Source: Ilumatobacteraceae bacterium
GTDB lineage: Bacteria > Actinomycetota > Acidimicrobiia > Acidimicrobiales > Ilumatobacteraceae
Direction of reading: 5' to 3'
Length of the DNA: 64,000 bases
NCBI GenBank assembly: GCA_031370825.1
Contig: JANMRB010000157.1
Coordinates: forward strand, 14,556 to 78,555
The notes under the pieces are model-generated. The model did no database searches and was not told the DNA's origin. It saw only the letters and a list, made by a program, of their open reading frames with translations. How positions within the stretch are numbered: position 1 is the stretch's first letter; each line of letters starts with the position of its first letter. Below are positions 17,308 to 26,374 of the stretch, piece by piece. The position numbers and the translations under genes were made by a program.

Positions 17308-20300
17308 ATGGGACAGTTGCAGAAGGTGAGTTGGCGAACGGTTGGCTATGCCGCGCTCGGCACCGTCGTCGCTGCCGCCTCTGTCGTCGCCATCATCAAC
17401 AGCGACGGTGTGCGCCCGACGTCGCTCACCTCCAACGCAGCCACCAGATGGCTGGTGGACCAACTCAACAACCAAGTCGTTCTCGTTGACGGGTTGGCCG
17501 GCCACGTTGTCGCCAAGGTCACGCTCGATACCGAGACAGGATCCAACGACGACGTGGCGGTTCAGGGCCCGGGCGGCGCTTTCCTGGTTGCCCCTTCACA
17601 GGGCTCGGTTCGCACGATCTCCACAGCGAAGCTGCAACTCGGCACGGCGCAGACCGTCGGGTTGTTGTCGGAAGCCGGCGCCAAGTTCCGGGTCGGCACC
17701 AGCGGTCTGACGATCCTCAGTCCGCACACGAAGGAAGCCACTGTCGTTGCGGTGGACGATGTCACCCAGCCGATGGCTGTGCCGGAATCGGACTCCGCGT
17801 ATCTGGCCGCGGACGGCAGCATGTGGCTGCTCTCGAAATCACAAGCGACCCACGTCAACGTCGACGACTCGCGCACGACCGTGCTGCTCCGCAGCAGTTC
17901 GAACGGCAAGACGACCACGATCGGTTCGCGTGCAGTCACGTTCGACGCCGCTGATCAAGTGATGCATTGGCTCGGCGGTAGCAATGTCGCTGTCACTTCC
18001 CTCCCGAACCCCAGCGAAGCCGTCATGCAGGAGCCGGGCGACGATGCTCCCTGCGTATGGATAGGTTCCGGCGACACGTTGTTGTGCGTCGGCAAGACGG
18101 GCATTGATCACACGCTCACCATTCGCGGCATGGGCATCGGTTCGACCGACAGGCTGGCGATCGCCGGGCCTGCTGCAGTCGTCGTGCGAAACAGCAACAG
18201 GATCGACCGGATCGATCTCGAGGGCGAAAAGATGGCCAATGATCAGGCCCCGACAACTCCTTCGTCGACGCCGTCAATAACCGCATCGGGAAACCTGATC
18301 TGGCTCGACGAGCCCTCGGGCACGCACGCGTGGGTGGTCCACCGGTTCGGGATCAACCCGATCACGAAAGATGACGTGAACGCGCTGACCTTCGATGCAC
18401 AGGGCCAGGTTCAGGACGCAGGCAATGGTGGAGACGCGCCGTCGCCGGCCGGAGGCAACGGAGGAGCCGACGAGACGAGCCATCTCGACCTCAATGGTCG
18501 CGAGGATCCACCAACCGCCGTCGACGACTCGGTCACGGCCCGCGCAGACACAACCATCACGATTCCTGTGACAGGCAATGACTGGGATCCCGATGGGGAC
18601 CCGATTGCGGTCGATTCGGCCGGTATCGGCAAGCAAGCGACCCACGGCACCGTTGACGTGCTCAACGGGACATCAGTGTCCTACAAGCCGGACCCTGGCT
18701 ACAGCGGATTGGACTCGTTCGAATACACCATTGTCGACCCGTCCGGCGAGGGCGACACGGCAACCGTCAACGTGCAGTTGTTCCCGCCGGGCAGTCCCAA
18801 CCAGCCTCCGATTGCCCGAGCCGACAAGGGATTCAAGACGAGGATCGGCCGAGCGATAACCATCGACGTCCTGGCCAACGACATCGACCCCGAACGCGAC
18901 GTCCTGAGGATCGCGACGTTCACCCCGAACGGCTCGGCCACGATCAGCGAGACGAAGGGTCCGACAGGACTGCCGGCGCTGCGTTATCAGCCGCCGTCCA
19001 CGGCGGGCATCTACACGTTCACCTACCAGGCCGCCGATCCGCAAGGAGGCACCAGTCCGAAGACGCAAGTGACGGTCGAGGTGTCCGGCGCCGACGCCGC
19101 CAACGGTCCGCCGGTGGCCAACCCTGATGCTATTCGGCTTCCCGTCGGTGTGCCCGTCCCCCTCGATGTGAAGGCCAACGACACTGACCCCGATGGCGAC
19201 GAGTTGACCATCTCACTCTCGAGCATCGGAACCGACGCGATCGATGTGTCGCTGCAGGCTCAGCAGTTGAGCATCACCGTGCGACCAGGCGCAAAGGATC
19301 GTTCGCTGGTCTTCTACACCTTGTCCGATGGAATCAAGGAGCACGACAAGAGGGGCGAGGTTCTCGTGCTGAGAATCGGCGACACGGCCGAGAACCGAGC
19401 GCCGGTGGCCAACCCTGACGCCGAGCGGGTCGTGATCGGTGAGTCGGTCAAGATCCCGGTGACCGCCAACGACATCGATCCAGACCACGACATCATCCGC
19501 CTGCTGACGGCCGGCACACCGACGGGAGGGGCCGGAACCACAATCGTCGAGGGCAACGCCGTCCGATTCACGCCGAACCTCCCCGACATCAAAGAACCCA
19601 CCCCGGTCACGTTCACGTACACCATCACGGACGGAAACGGCCATGAGGCCACCGGTAATGTCACGGTCACCGTGCTGCTCGAAGCGTTGCCACGCGCTCC
19701 GTTCGCGCGCGACGACTTCGCCGATACCGAAGTCGACAAACCCGTCAACATCGACGTGTTGGCCAACGACGGCGACCCGTCGGGTGGCGGGCAACCGAGC
19801 CTGACCGGCAACCCGACATGTCCAAATGGCGGAACCGCCTCGAGAACACCGGATGAGCGGATCACGTATGTTCCCCCCTCTGGTCAACCCGGCACTTTCC
19901 GTTGCAAGTACACGGTCATCAACCGCCAAGGCCTGGTTGCCGAGGCGTCCATCATCGTCACGGTCAATCCAGCGCTACCTGGCAATCACGACCCGCAGAT
20001 AAATGCGACCAACACTCTGCCGACCGTCGACCTCGGCACGACCCTGTCAATCTTCGCCGCGGACATCGCCACCGACGCCGACAACGACCACCTGGTCTTC
20101 GTCTCGGTCGACAACCCGCTCAACGGCAAGGCCGAGATCAGACAGAACGGCGACAGCATCCTCTACACGGCACCGGCAATCGCCTCTGCCGAGAAGACCC
20201 CCACAGCAGTGAATGTCAGCTTCACGATCAGCGACGGCAACGACGGCAACGTCAGCGGCAGCGTTTCGGTCAAGATCAATGATCCCTCCGCGACGACCAG

Positions 20301-21999
20301 CACAACTCCCACCGGCACGGCGCCGGCGACGCATGACATCGCCAAGAACGCCACGGTCGGCGACTTGGTCCAGGTCGATGTCTTGTTCGAGCTGCGCGAA
20401 TCGAACCCGTCGACGCTGACGGTCGGTCCGGTGAACCTCGATTCTGGCCCCGGATCTGCCCTGCAGGTCAGCCCCAGCGGCGTCGTCAGCGTGATAGTGA
20501 CCGGGCCGGGAAACGTGGTGATCGGCTACACCGTGACCAACAGCGACAACCTTCTCAGCAGCACAGGCAAGATCAAGATCACCGTCAACGAAGCGCAGAC
20601 AAGCGGCAGCCCGCCGGTCGCCAACGACGACGAGATGATCGTGGCCAGCGGCGGGTCCGGCAGGATCGATCTTCTCGCAAACGACAGTGGCTACTCCGAT
20701 CCCGGCGACGTGTTGGACATCAAGTTGATCCTGCGACCGCCCGCCGACTTCGGATCGGTCACTCTCATCGGGAGTCAGCTCACGTTCGTCGCCGCTGGCA
20801 ACACCTCGGGAGACACCAACCTGACATATGAGCTGAGCGACGGCTCCGGCGTTTCGGTAGGCCACGTCAAGATCACGCTCAAGGCATGTGTGGACAGTCC
20901 GCCCGCGACAACCGGGGCACAGCTTTTCACGCCCTATCAGACGCCGATCAGCATCGACCTGAACCAGTACGTCGTGTCGGGCAGCATCCGTAGCGTCATC
21001 GGCGCCGGCCTGACTGGGGCGACCGGTGTCTACACACCGCCTGCCGGCTTCAACGGCGTAGAAACCGTCACCTACACCGTTGCCAACGGATGTGGTCAAA
21101 CTGTCGAGGGCACCGTGACCATCGACGTCAACCGAATCCCAGTCGGGGACGACATCACGCGCGCCCTGGCACATGGTGACCAACTTTTGTTGCATGTCAA
21201 CGAGCTCGCTTCCGACGACGAACCGCTGAAGATCACGGTCCTCAATGGCAATCCGGGTTGGGTCAGCTGGGACGAGACCACCGTCAGCGCTACGCCGCCT
21301 GCCAGCGCCAGCGGTGACTACACGTTCACCGCCACAGTCGTGGATCCGGGAGGATTGACGGCGACAGCCTCGATCACGCTGAGGGTCACCAACCTTGCGC
21401 CGACGGCCTTTGCCGACCAGTTCACGACCGACGATTCAACGTTTTCATTCGACCCCACGGAAAATGACTTCGATCCCGAAGGTGGCCTGCTGTGCGTACA
21501 GCCAGTGAACGTCGATCCTCCAAACGGCAGTGCCATCGTCGGGCCGAACCCCGCGCCCACGTGCCTGAAATCCATCACCATCTCCTTGGTCCACGGCGTC
21601 ACGCACTTGACGTACACGGTCCGCGACGAGGGCGGGCTTACGGCGAGCTCGACCATCACGATCACATCGAACCGGCCGCCCACAGTTCCCGACGCAACGG
21701 GAGCGACCAATGGATTCCCGAGCGTGGACATCCCACTACTACCGACCGAGCCCGATGGCGACGACGTTTCGGTCACCTGCAACACACCGGTAGATGGGGA
21801 CGGGCCCAACGCGAACTTCGACGTCGGGATTTCCCCCAATCTCAATGCCGGAGACAACCCGAAAATACATCCGAGGTACAAGCTCAGCGTGTCGGTCCAA
21901 CAGCCGTTCCAACCGGGGGTTGACGATCAGTTCCACTGCACGGTGACGGACAGCTTCGGCAGGGCGGCAGTCGCGACTGTCACCATCACGAACAGTTAG
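17308..21999 (+). CDS. giant N-terminally membrane-anchored surface protein with tandem cadherin-like repeats
   Basis: 1563-aa ORF with SD GAGGTAGG upstream. It has a single N-terminal TM (VGYAALGTVVAAASVVAII) and a non-repeat region of about 330 aa. About 12 repeats follow, carrying PPVANPDA..V.IPV.ANDxDPDGD motifs. No LPXTG motif or C-terminal anchor. Confidence 0.9.
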   Translation: MGQLQKVSWRTVGYAALGTVVAAASVVAIINSDGVRPTSLTSNAATRWLVDQLNNQVVLVDGLAGHVVAKVTLDTETGSNDDVAVQGPGGAFLVAPSQGSVRTISTAKLQLGTAQTVGLLSEAGAKFRVGTSGLTILSPHTKEATVVAVDDVTQPMAVPESDSAYLAADGSMWLLSKSQATHVNVDDSRTTVLLRSSSNGKTTTIGSRAVTFDAADQVMHWLGGSNVAVTSLPNPSEAVMQEPGDDAPCVWIGSGDTLLCVGKTGIDHTLTIRGMGIGSTDRLAIAGPAAVVVRNSNRIDRIDLEGEKMANDQAPTTPSSTPSITASGNLIWLDEPSGTHAWVVHRFGINPITKDDVNALTFDAQGQVQDAGNGGDAPSPAGGNGGADETSHLDLNGREDPPTAVDDSVTARADTTITIPVTGNDWDPDGDPIAVDSAGIGKQATHGTVDVLNGTSVSYKPDPGYSGLDSFEYTIVDPSGEGDTATVNVQLFPPGSPNQPPIARADKGFKTRIGRAITIDVLANDIDPERDVLRIATFTPNGSATISETKGPTGLPALRYQPPSTAGIYTFTYQAADPQGGTSPKTQVTVEVSGADAANGPPVANPDAIRLPVGVPVPLDVKANDTDPDGDELTISLSSIGTDAIDVSLQAQQLSITVRPGAKDRSLVFYTLSDGIKEHDKRGEVLVLRIGDTAENRAPVANPDAERVVIGESVKIPVTANDIDPDHDIIRLLTAGTPTGGAGTTIVEGNAVRFTPNLPDIKEPTPVTFTYTITDGNGHEATGNVTVTVLLEALPRAPFARDDFADTEVDKPVNIDVLANDGDPSGGGQPSLTGNPTCPNGGTASRTPDERITYVPPSGQPGTFRCKYTVINRQGLVAEASIIVTVNPALPGNHDPQINATNTLPTVDLGTTLSIFAADIATDADNDHLVFVSVDNPLNGKAEIRQNGDSILYTAPAIASAEKTPTAVNVSFTISDGNDGNVSGSVSVKINDPSATTSTTPTGTAPATHDIAKNATVGDLVQVDVLFELRESNPSTLTVGPVNLDSGPGSALQVSPSGVVSVIVTGPGNVVIGYTVTNSDNLLSSTGKIKITVNEAQTSGSPPVANDDEMIVASGGSGRIDLLANDSGYSDPGDVLDIKLILRPPADFGSVTLIGSQLTFVAAGNTSGDTNLTYELSDGSGVSVGHVKITLKACVDSPPATTGAQLFTPYQTPISIDLNQYVVSGSIRSVIGAGLTGATGVYTPPAGFNGVETVTYTVANGCGQTVEGTVTIDVNRIPVGDDITRALAHGDQLLLHVNELASDDEPLKITVLNGNPGWVSWDETTVSATPPASASGDYTFTATVVDPGGLTATASITLRVTNLAPTAFADQFTTDDSTFSFDPTENDFDPEGGLLCVQPVNVDPPNGSAIVGPNPAPTCLKSITISLVHGVTHLTYTVRDEGGLTASSTITITSNRPPTVPDATGATNGFPSVDIPLLPTEPDGDDVSVTCNTPVDGDGPNANFDVGISPNLNAGDNPKIHPRYKLSVSVQQPFQPGVDDQFHCTVTDSFGRAAVATVTITNS
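18508..21996 (+). repeat. about 12 tandem 95-100-aa cadherin-like / Big-type repeats (coding)
   Basis: Repeat starts were read from the protein: PPTAVDDSV, NQPPIARADK, NGPPVANPDA, NRAPVANPDA, PRAPFARDDF, NHDPQINATN, TAPATHDIAK, GSPPVANDDE, DSPPATTGAQ, NRIPVGDDIT, NLAPTAFADQ, NRPPTVPDAT. The acidic NDxDPDGD motif is clear in the early repeats and decays in the later ones. Confidence 0.75.
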
Positions 22000-22037
22000 C
22001 AGTGATCAGTTCGACACGGCGTCCGAGCGCGGCTCGC

Positions 22038-24134
22038 TCAGCGCAGGGGTGACTGTGTGCGGCGGCGTAGCGAACGCGTGCTGAGCCACCACTTCCACCG
22101 CCACCATCGAGACGACGAGTTGCGAATGCTCGACTCGACGAGGTGCAACTGATCGACGGCATCGTCGGCACGCTCCGGATCACACGTTGCCGTGGCAAAT
22201 GTGACCGCGTCGGCGTGCCGCTGCAGCCGGCCGAGTGGCGGACCGGCACCTGGTTGGGTTTGGACGCCGGCTTCGACGAGCTGGGCGTTGGTGTGGCTCG
22301 TTCGAAGGTTCGCGCCCGCGTCCACAAGCGCGTCTGTTGCCAGAGTCCATGCCGTGCTGACCCGGCGCGCCGGGTCCGCGGCCTTCAACCCTTTACGCCG
22401 GCGCAGCTTCTTCCAGGTGACGATGACCGCGAACACCACCGCCGGCCACAGCAACAGACCGGTGAACACGCCGCCGCGGAGCACCCAGATGCGAGCCGAG
22501 GCCCAGCGGGAGGCCTTTGCGGGGGGCAACGGTGGCTCGACCGGCTCGTTGGGCTTCGGTTGATCCACCTGCGGCGGATCAAGCGGCTGCGCGGCCTGGG
22601 GAGTCGCGGACTCGCCCGCTTGCTGATTGCTGGGAAGAGGCGCGTCCGATACGTCGGGCAGGAGCTCGACGGACACCCATTGGCCGCCAACACTCACTTC
22701 CGGCCAAGCGGTAGCTGTCTGCGTTGTGATGGTGTCGGACTGTCCGGTGCTGTCAAGCCGGTAACCGGTCGCAATTCGGGCGTCTACACCAAGGCTGCGG
22801 GCGAGGAGCACGAACCCGGTGACGAACTGCTCGAGGTTGCCGACTTTGCCCGTGCGCAGAAAGTTGTCGATGAGGTGATCCTGTACTCCACCGGGCGTGG
22901 TGGGGTTGAGTTGATAGTTGTCGTGCAGGTTTGCCGCCAGCTCAGCGACCCTCTCGGCGACTGTGCCGCTGGGGGCCATGATCGCGGCCAGTGATGCGTA
23001 CGAGTTCTCGATGTCGGTGGGTTGCACCGTGGCCAAAAGGTTGGCGGATTGCGGATCGAAGGTGCCGACTGGCTCGACGGTGAAAACGGTGACTGCCGGT
23101 CGCTTGGTGCCGATGATGCTGACCACCCGCCGCTCGGCGTCGGTCTCGACCGGGTTCGTGCTGCGCAGCAAGCGGCCCGGCGACACCCACAGCGCAGTGT
23201 CGGCGCGCGTTGCGGTGACCTTGACCGTGACCTGCGACGCACCCGTCGGTTGACCGAGTCGGTTTCCGACCGGAGTCAGCCTGCCACTGGTCGACCAGGA
23301 CTCGCCGTTGTAGACATCGAGGGATGCTGTGCGCCACAGGTGCAGCTTGCTGAGCGCCGGCGACTGGACCTCGTACAGCACATCGGGCGGATCGGCATTC
23401 TGTTGGGCGACGACATCGGCAAGCGGGTCGAGCAGCGAGAGCTGGCTGTCGGCGGGCTCGCCGTGACGGGGGTTGGCACGATCGGCGACAGCAACCCCCA
23501 CCCCGAGCGTTGCGGCCAACGCCGCGAAGGCCGAGACCACCGCGACCAGCGAGCCGGAGCGCACGCTGGCGACACGATCATCGAGGCCGATCCACAACAA
23601 CACGAACGCCGAGATTGCGGCGCATGCGACTGGCTGCCATTGCGGACCGTCCGGAGCGCCGACCGCGATCATCGCGACCATCGCAACAACGAGGGGAGCG
23701 ATGGCGAGGGCCCTCCAGCGCACACGCATGGCCAGATCGATCGACACCGCCGTGGCGACGAAGATCAGCGCGGCCAGTGCAACGAAGATCGTCGAGAAAC
23801 GGGGGCTCGGCCATGAGGTGGTGATGACCTGCCGTGGGCCATCGAGCAGGCCACGAGAGAACGAGTCCGCCGTTCCGTCGGCCGTGTAGGCGACGAGGAT
23901 GCCCGAAACGACGAACGTGATCGTCAGCGCGGCCACCCGGGCCACGAGGTGCAGACGCGAAACGAGCCACCCGACCACCACGGCGAGGACCGCCGGGACC
24001 ATCAGGATCGGCTCGAACCGCGTGCCGACGACACGTGCTCCGCTGAGCGCCAAGCCGCCTGCAAAGACAAACACCGCAAGCGCACGGACGACGCCGCGAC
24101 CGTTGGTGAGGGGAGAGCTGGCGCTCAGTTCCAT
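22038..24134 (-). CDS. TgpA-like polytopic transglutaminase-family protein with a C-terminal DUF4129-like region; catalytic triad apparently substituted
   Basis: The likely start ATG at 24134 (MELSASSPLT) overlaps the DUF58 stop by 10 nt. The Arg-rich ORF extension to 24629 was rejected. It has an N-terminal multi-TM block. The core FLRTGKVGNLEQFVTGFVLLARSLGVDARIATGY...TATAWPEVSVGGQWVSVELLP aligns with GxCExxA...ARxVxGY...HAWxEV...DP, but the Cys, His and Asp positions read Leu, Thr and Glu. Confidence 0.75.
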   Translation of the reverse strand: MELSASSPLTNGRGVVRALAVFVFAGGLALSGARVVGTRFEPILMVPAVLAVVVGWLVSRLHLVARVAALTITFVVSGILVAYTADGTADSFSRGLLDGPRQVITTSWPSPRFSTIFVALAALIFVATAVSIDLAMRVRWRALAIAPLVVAMVAMIAVGAPDGPQWQPVACAAISAFVLLWIGLDDRVASVRSGSLVAVVSAFAALAATLGVGVAVADRANPRHGEPADSQLSLLDPLADVVAQQNADPPDVLYEVQSPALSKLHLWRTASLDVYNGESWSTSGRLTPVGNRLGQPTGASQVTVKVTATRADTALWVSPGRLLRSTNPVETDAERRVVSIIGTKRPAVTVFTVEPVGTFDPQSANLLATVQPTDIENSYASLAAIMAPSGTVAERVAELAANLHDNYQLNPTTPGGVQDHLIDNFLRTGKVGNLEQFVTGFVLLARSLGVDARIATGYRLDSTGQSDTITTQTATAWPEVSVGGQWVSVELLPDVSDAPLPSNQQAGESATPQAAQPLDPPQVDQPKPNEPVEPPLPPAKASRWASARIWVLRGGVFTGLLLWPAVVFAVIVTWKKLRRRKGLKAADPARRVSTAWTLATDALVDAGANLRTSHTNAQLVEAGVQTQPGAGPPLGRLQRHADAVTFATATCDPERADDAVDQLHLVESSIRNSSSRWWRWKWWLSTRSLRRRTQSPLR

Positions 24135-25240
24135 CGCGCCCACCTCTCTGCGAACTGACCGGCATCGTTGGCCGCGATGGCCGCGCAGGCGAGACCTGCG
24201 GTCTCGGCGCCGACGCCGATCCTGGCGACACTGATCTGGTCTCCGTGCGAAAAGACCGTCGACGGACCCCGGGGCCCGGTCACGACCAGCACCGCAACTC
24301 CACCGAGGCCGCCTGTGAAGAGGCTGGCGACCGAGAGCACATCGGTGCCGCTGCCCTGCTCGAGCGGCGTCAACAGGTCGAGCATCTCGGATTGGTCGAC
24401 CAGTGGATACGGCCGACCTGCCCGCACGCGCGATGTCGTACGAACGACCACGTCGAGGCCTGAACGGAGTGCGAACGCGGCGACACTGGCGCCTGCGTCG
24501 ACGATCTCCTCGAAGTCGTCGGGTGAGGCAGCGTCGGTCGAGGTATCGATGACGACCGTGAACTCGTGGCGTCGCAGGTCGACGAATTCGCGGATCATCA
24601 ACGTGGCAGCACGAGCCGAGGTCGGCCAATGGATCAATCTGGTGTCGTCGCCGTACTGGTACTCGCGCAGCGACTGGAACCCTGACTGCGGGTCGCCTGA
24701 TGGCCGCCGCAGCACGGCATCGTTGGTGATCACACGTACGGCGCCCGATGCCGTGATGAGCGGATACACGCGGGGATGCACTACGACTGCACCCATCTGA
24801 CCCAGAGGACGGCTAGCCGAGGCCAGCCCAAGTTGGTCCGTCCGCTCGAACGACAATGGACCGATCGGGAAGATCCCCCGACGGCGGGTCGCGAACTGGG
24901 CCTCGACCTCATGCCGGGTCATGCGCGGCAGAGTCGGCACCTCGAACGATTGGTGAAGGCCTTGGAACTCGTCGGTCAGGCGAGTCGAGCCAAGCCTGTG
25001 TTGAGTCTGATTGAAGATCTGGTAGCGAACGTGAACCATCTCACCACGTGCGACTCGCGCTGTGACCAGCCGCCGTCGAGCAGTGTGCCGAGTCGGTCGC
25101 CGAGACGTGTACAGGGCAAGGCCAACCGCGATCGCGCCCGCGGCCGCGAGCGCGAGTAGCTCTTCGTACCGCCAGAACAGACCGAAGAACGTGCAGATCG
25201 CTGTTCCAATCAACACTCCGAGCCCGGTGCGAGTCAGCAC
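24125..25240 (-). CDS. DUF58 (vWA-like) protein, MoxR partner
   Basis: Two N-terminal TM helices. Signature EYQYGDDTRLIHWPTSARAATLMIREF. MIDAS-like VVIDTSTD. Confidence 0.85.
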   Translation of the reverse strand: MLTRTGLGVLIGTAICTFFGLFWRYEELLALAAAGAIAVGLALYTSRRPTRHTARRRLVTARVARGEMVHVRYQIFNQTQHRLGSTRLTDEFQGLHQSFEVPTLPRMTRHEVEAQFATRRRGIFPIGPLSFERTDQLGLASASRPLGQMGAVVVHPRVYPLITASGAVRVITNDAVLRRPSGDPQSGFQSLREYQYGDDTRLIHWPTSARAATLMIREFVDLRRHEFTVVIDTSTDAASPDDFEEIVDAGASVAAFALRSGLDVVVRTTSRVRAGRPYPLVDQSEMLDLLTPLEQGSGTDVLSVASLFTGGLGGVAVLVVTGPRGPSTVFSHGDQISVARIGVGAETAGLACAAIAANDAGQFAERWARWN

Positions 25241-25244
25241 GCCA

Positions 25245-26195
25245 TCAACCCTCGCGGTGACGGGGTACTGCGATGTCGTCGACGATCTCGGCCAACACCT
25301 GCTCGCTGCGCACGCCGCGAAGCTCGGCTTCGGAGCTCAACGAGATGCGGTGACCGAACACCGGCTCGATGAGAGTTTTGATGTCGTCAGGTGTCACGTA
25401 ACCGCGTTGCTCGCTGGCGGCATATGCCTTGGCGACGCGCATCAGCGACAACGTGCCACGCGTCGATACGCCGAGGCGCAGGTCGGGATGGCCTCGAGTG
25501 GCATTGGCGAGACGGACGATGTAGTCGTTGATGCTGTGCACGACCTCGATCTGCTCGATCGCAGCGATCAGTTGCTCGAGTTGCGTCGCGTTGGTGACGG
25601 CAGGAACCCCGCGGTCACGGTTCTCGCGCCGGTACGCCTCGAGAACCACGACCTCGGTGGCTTGGTCTGCGTACCCGAGCGACAACTTCATCGCGAATCG
25701 GTCCAGCTGCACATCGGGCAGAGGAAAGGTGCCGTGGAAATCGCGCGGGTTCTGGGTGGCGATGACGAAGAAGGGTCGCGGCACGAGGTGCGGGACACCG
25801 TCGGCAGTGACCTGACGCTCCTCCATCACCTCGAGCAGCGCTGACTGCGTCTTCGGGCTTGCCCGGTTGATCTCGTCTCCGATCAGAACGTTGGTGAAGA
25901 CCGGGCCCTGGCGAAACGAGAAGGACGAGGTGCGCTGGTCGAAGACCATGACCCCGGTGACGTCACTGGGCAACAGGTCGGGAGTGAACTGCACACGCTT
26001 CCACGATCCGGCGATCGAACCGGCGATGGCCTTGGCCATGGACGTCTTACCCGTGCCCGGCACATCGTCGATCAGTAGATGACCCTCCGTGAGCAGGCAG
26101 CACAGAGCCAGCCGAATCGCTTCGGCTTTTCCACGCACGATGCTTTCGACGTTGTCGATCAACGCGTGGAATACGCTGGCTACCTGGTCCGCCAT
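25245..26195 (-). CDS. MoxR-family AAA+ ATPase
   Basis: Walker A HLLIDDVPGTGKTSMAKAIA. Walker B VLIGDEINRASPKTQSALLEVMEE. Length is 316 aa. Confidence 0.9.
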   Translation of the reverse strand: MADQVASVFHALIDNVESIVRGKAEAIRLALCCLLTEGHLLIDDVPGTGKTSMAKAIAGSIAGSWKRVQFTPDLLPSDVTGVMVFDQRTSSFSFRQGPVFTNVLIGDEINRASPKTQSALLEVMEERQVTADGVPHLVPRPFFVIATQNPRDFHGTFPLPDVQLDRFAMKLSLGYADQATEVVVLEAYRRENRDRGVPAVTNATQLEQLIAAIEQIEVVHSINDYIVRLANATRGHPDLRLGVSTRGTLSLMRVAKAYAASEQRGYVTPDDIKTLIEPVFGHRISLSSEAELRGVRSEQVLAEIVDDIAVPRHREG

Positions 26196-26374
26196 GGCCG
26201 GTGATGCTATCGCTCATCTATCCTGGCCGGGGGTACCGCCACTTTGCGAAAGTCAGAACTTGACGTTGTCTTGAATTTTGAGGTTATCTCGTGGACCAGT
26301 CATACCGATAACAAGATCATGAGGCCCGTGTACGTTCTCGAGCCCCTCGGACACCTACCGTCGCGCCCGCACCC

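Noticed and set aside
14649-24134. Direct Lap-system (LapD/LapA/LapG) homology.
   Set aside because: There is no type I secretion ABC/MFP/OMP set. The adhesin is anchored by an N-terminal TM rather than an OM retention module. The GGDEF and EAL motifs look catalytic, not degenerate as in LapD. The transglutaminase-like triad appears inactive. Only a loose analogy is kept.
24135-24629. 165-codon N-terminal extension of the transglutaminase-like ORF. There are similar extensions of purB (38203..38349), ctaB (8059..8214), clpS (7961..8110) and the subunit-III-like gene (5355..5477).
   Set aside because: The extensions are Arg-rich and overlap the well-supported upstream gene. Internal starts give the usual 1-10-nt start/stop overlaps and normal protein lengths.
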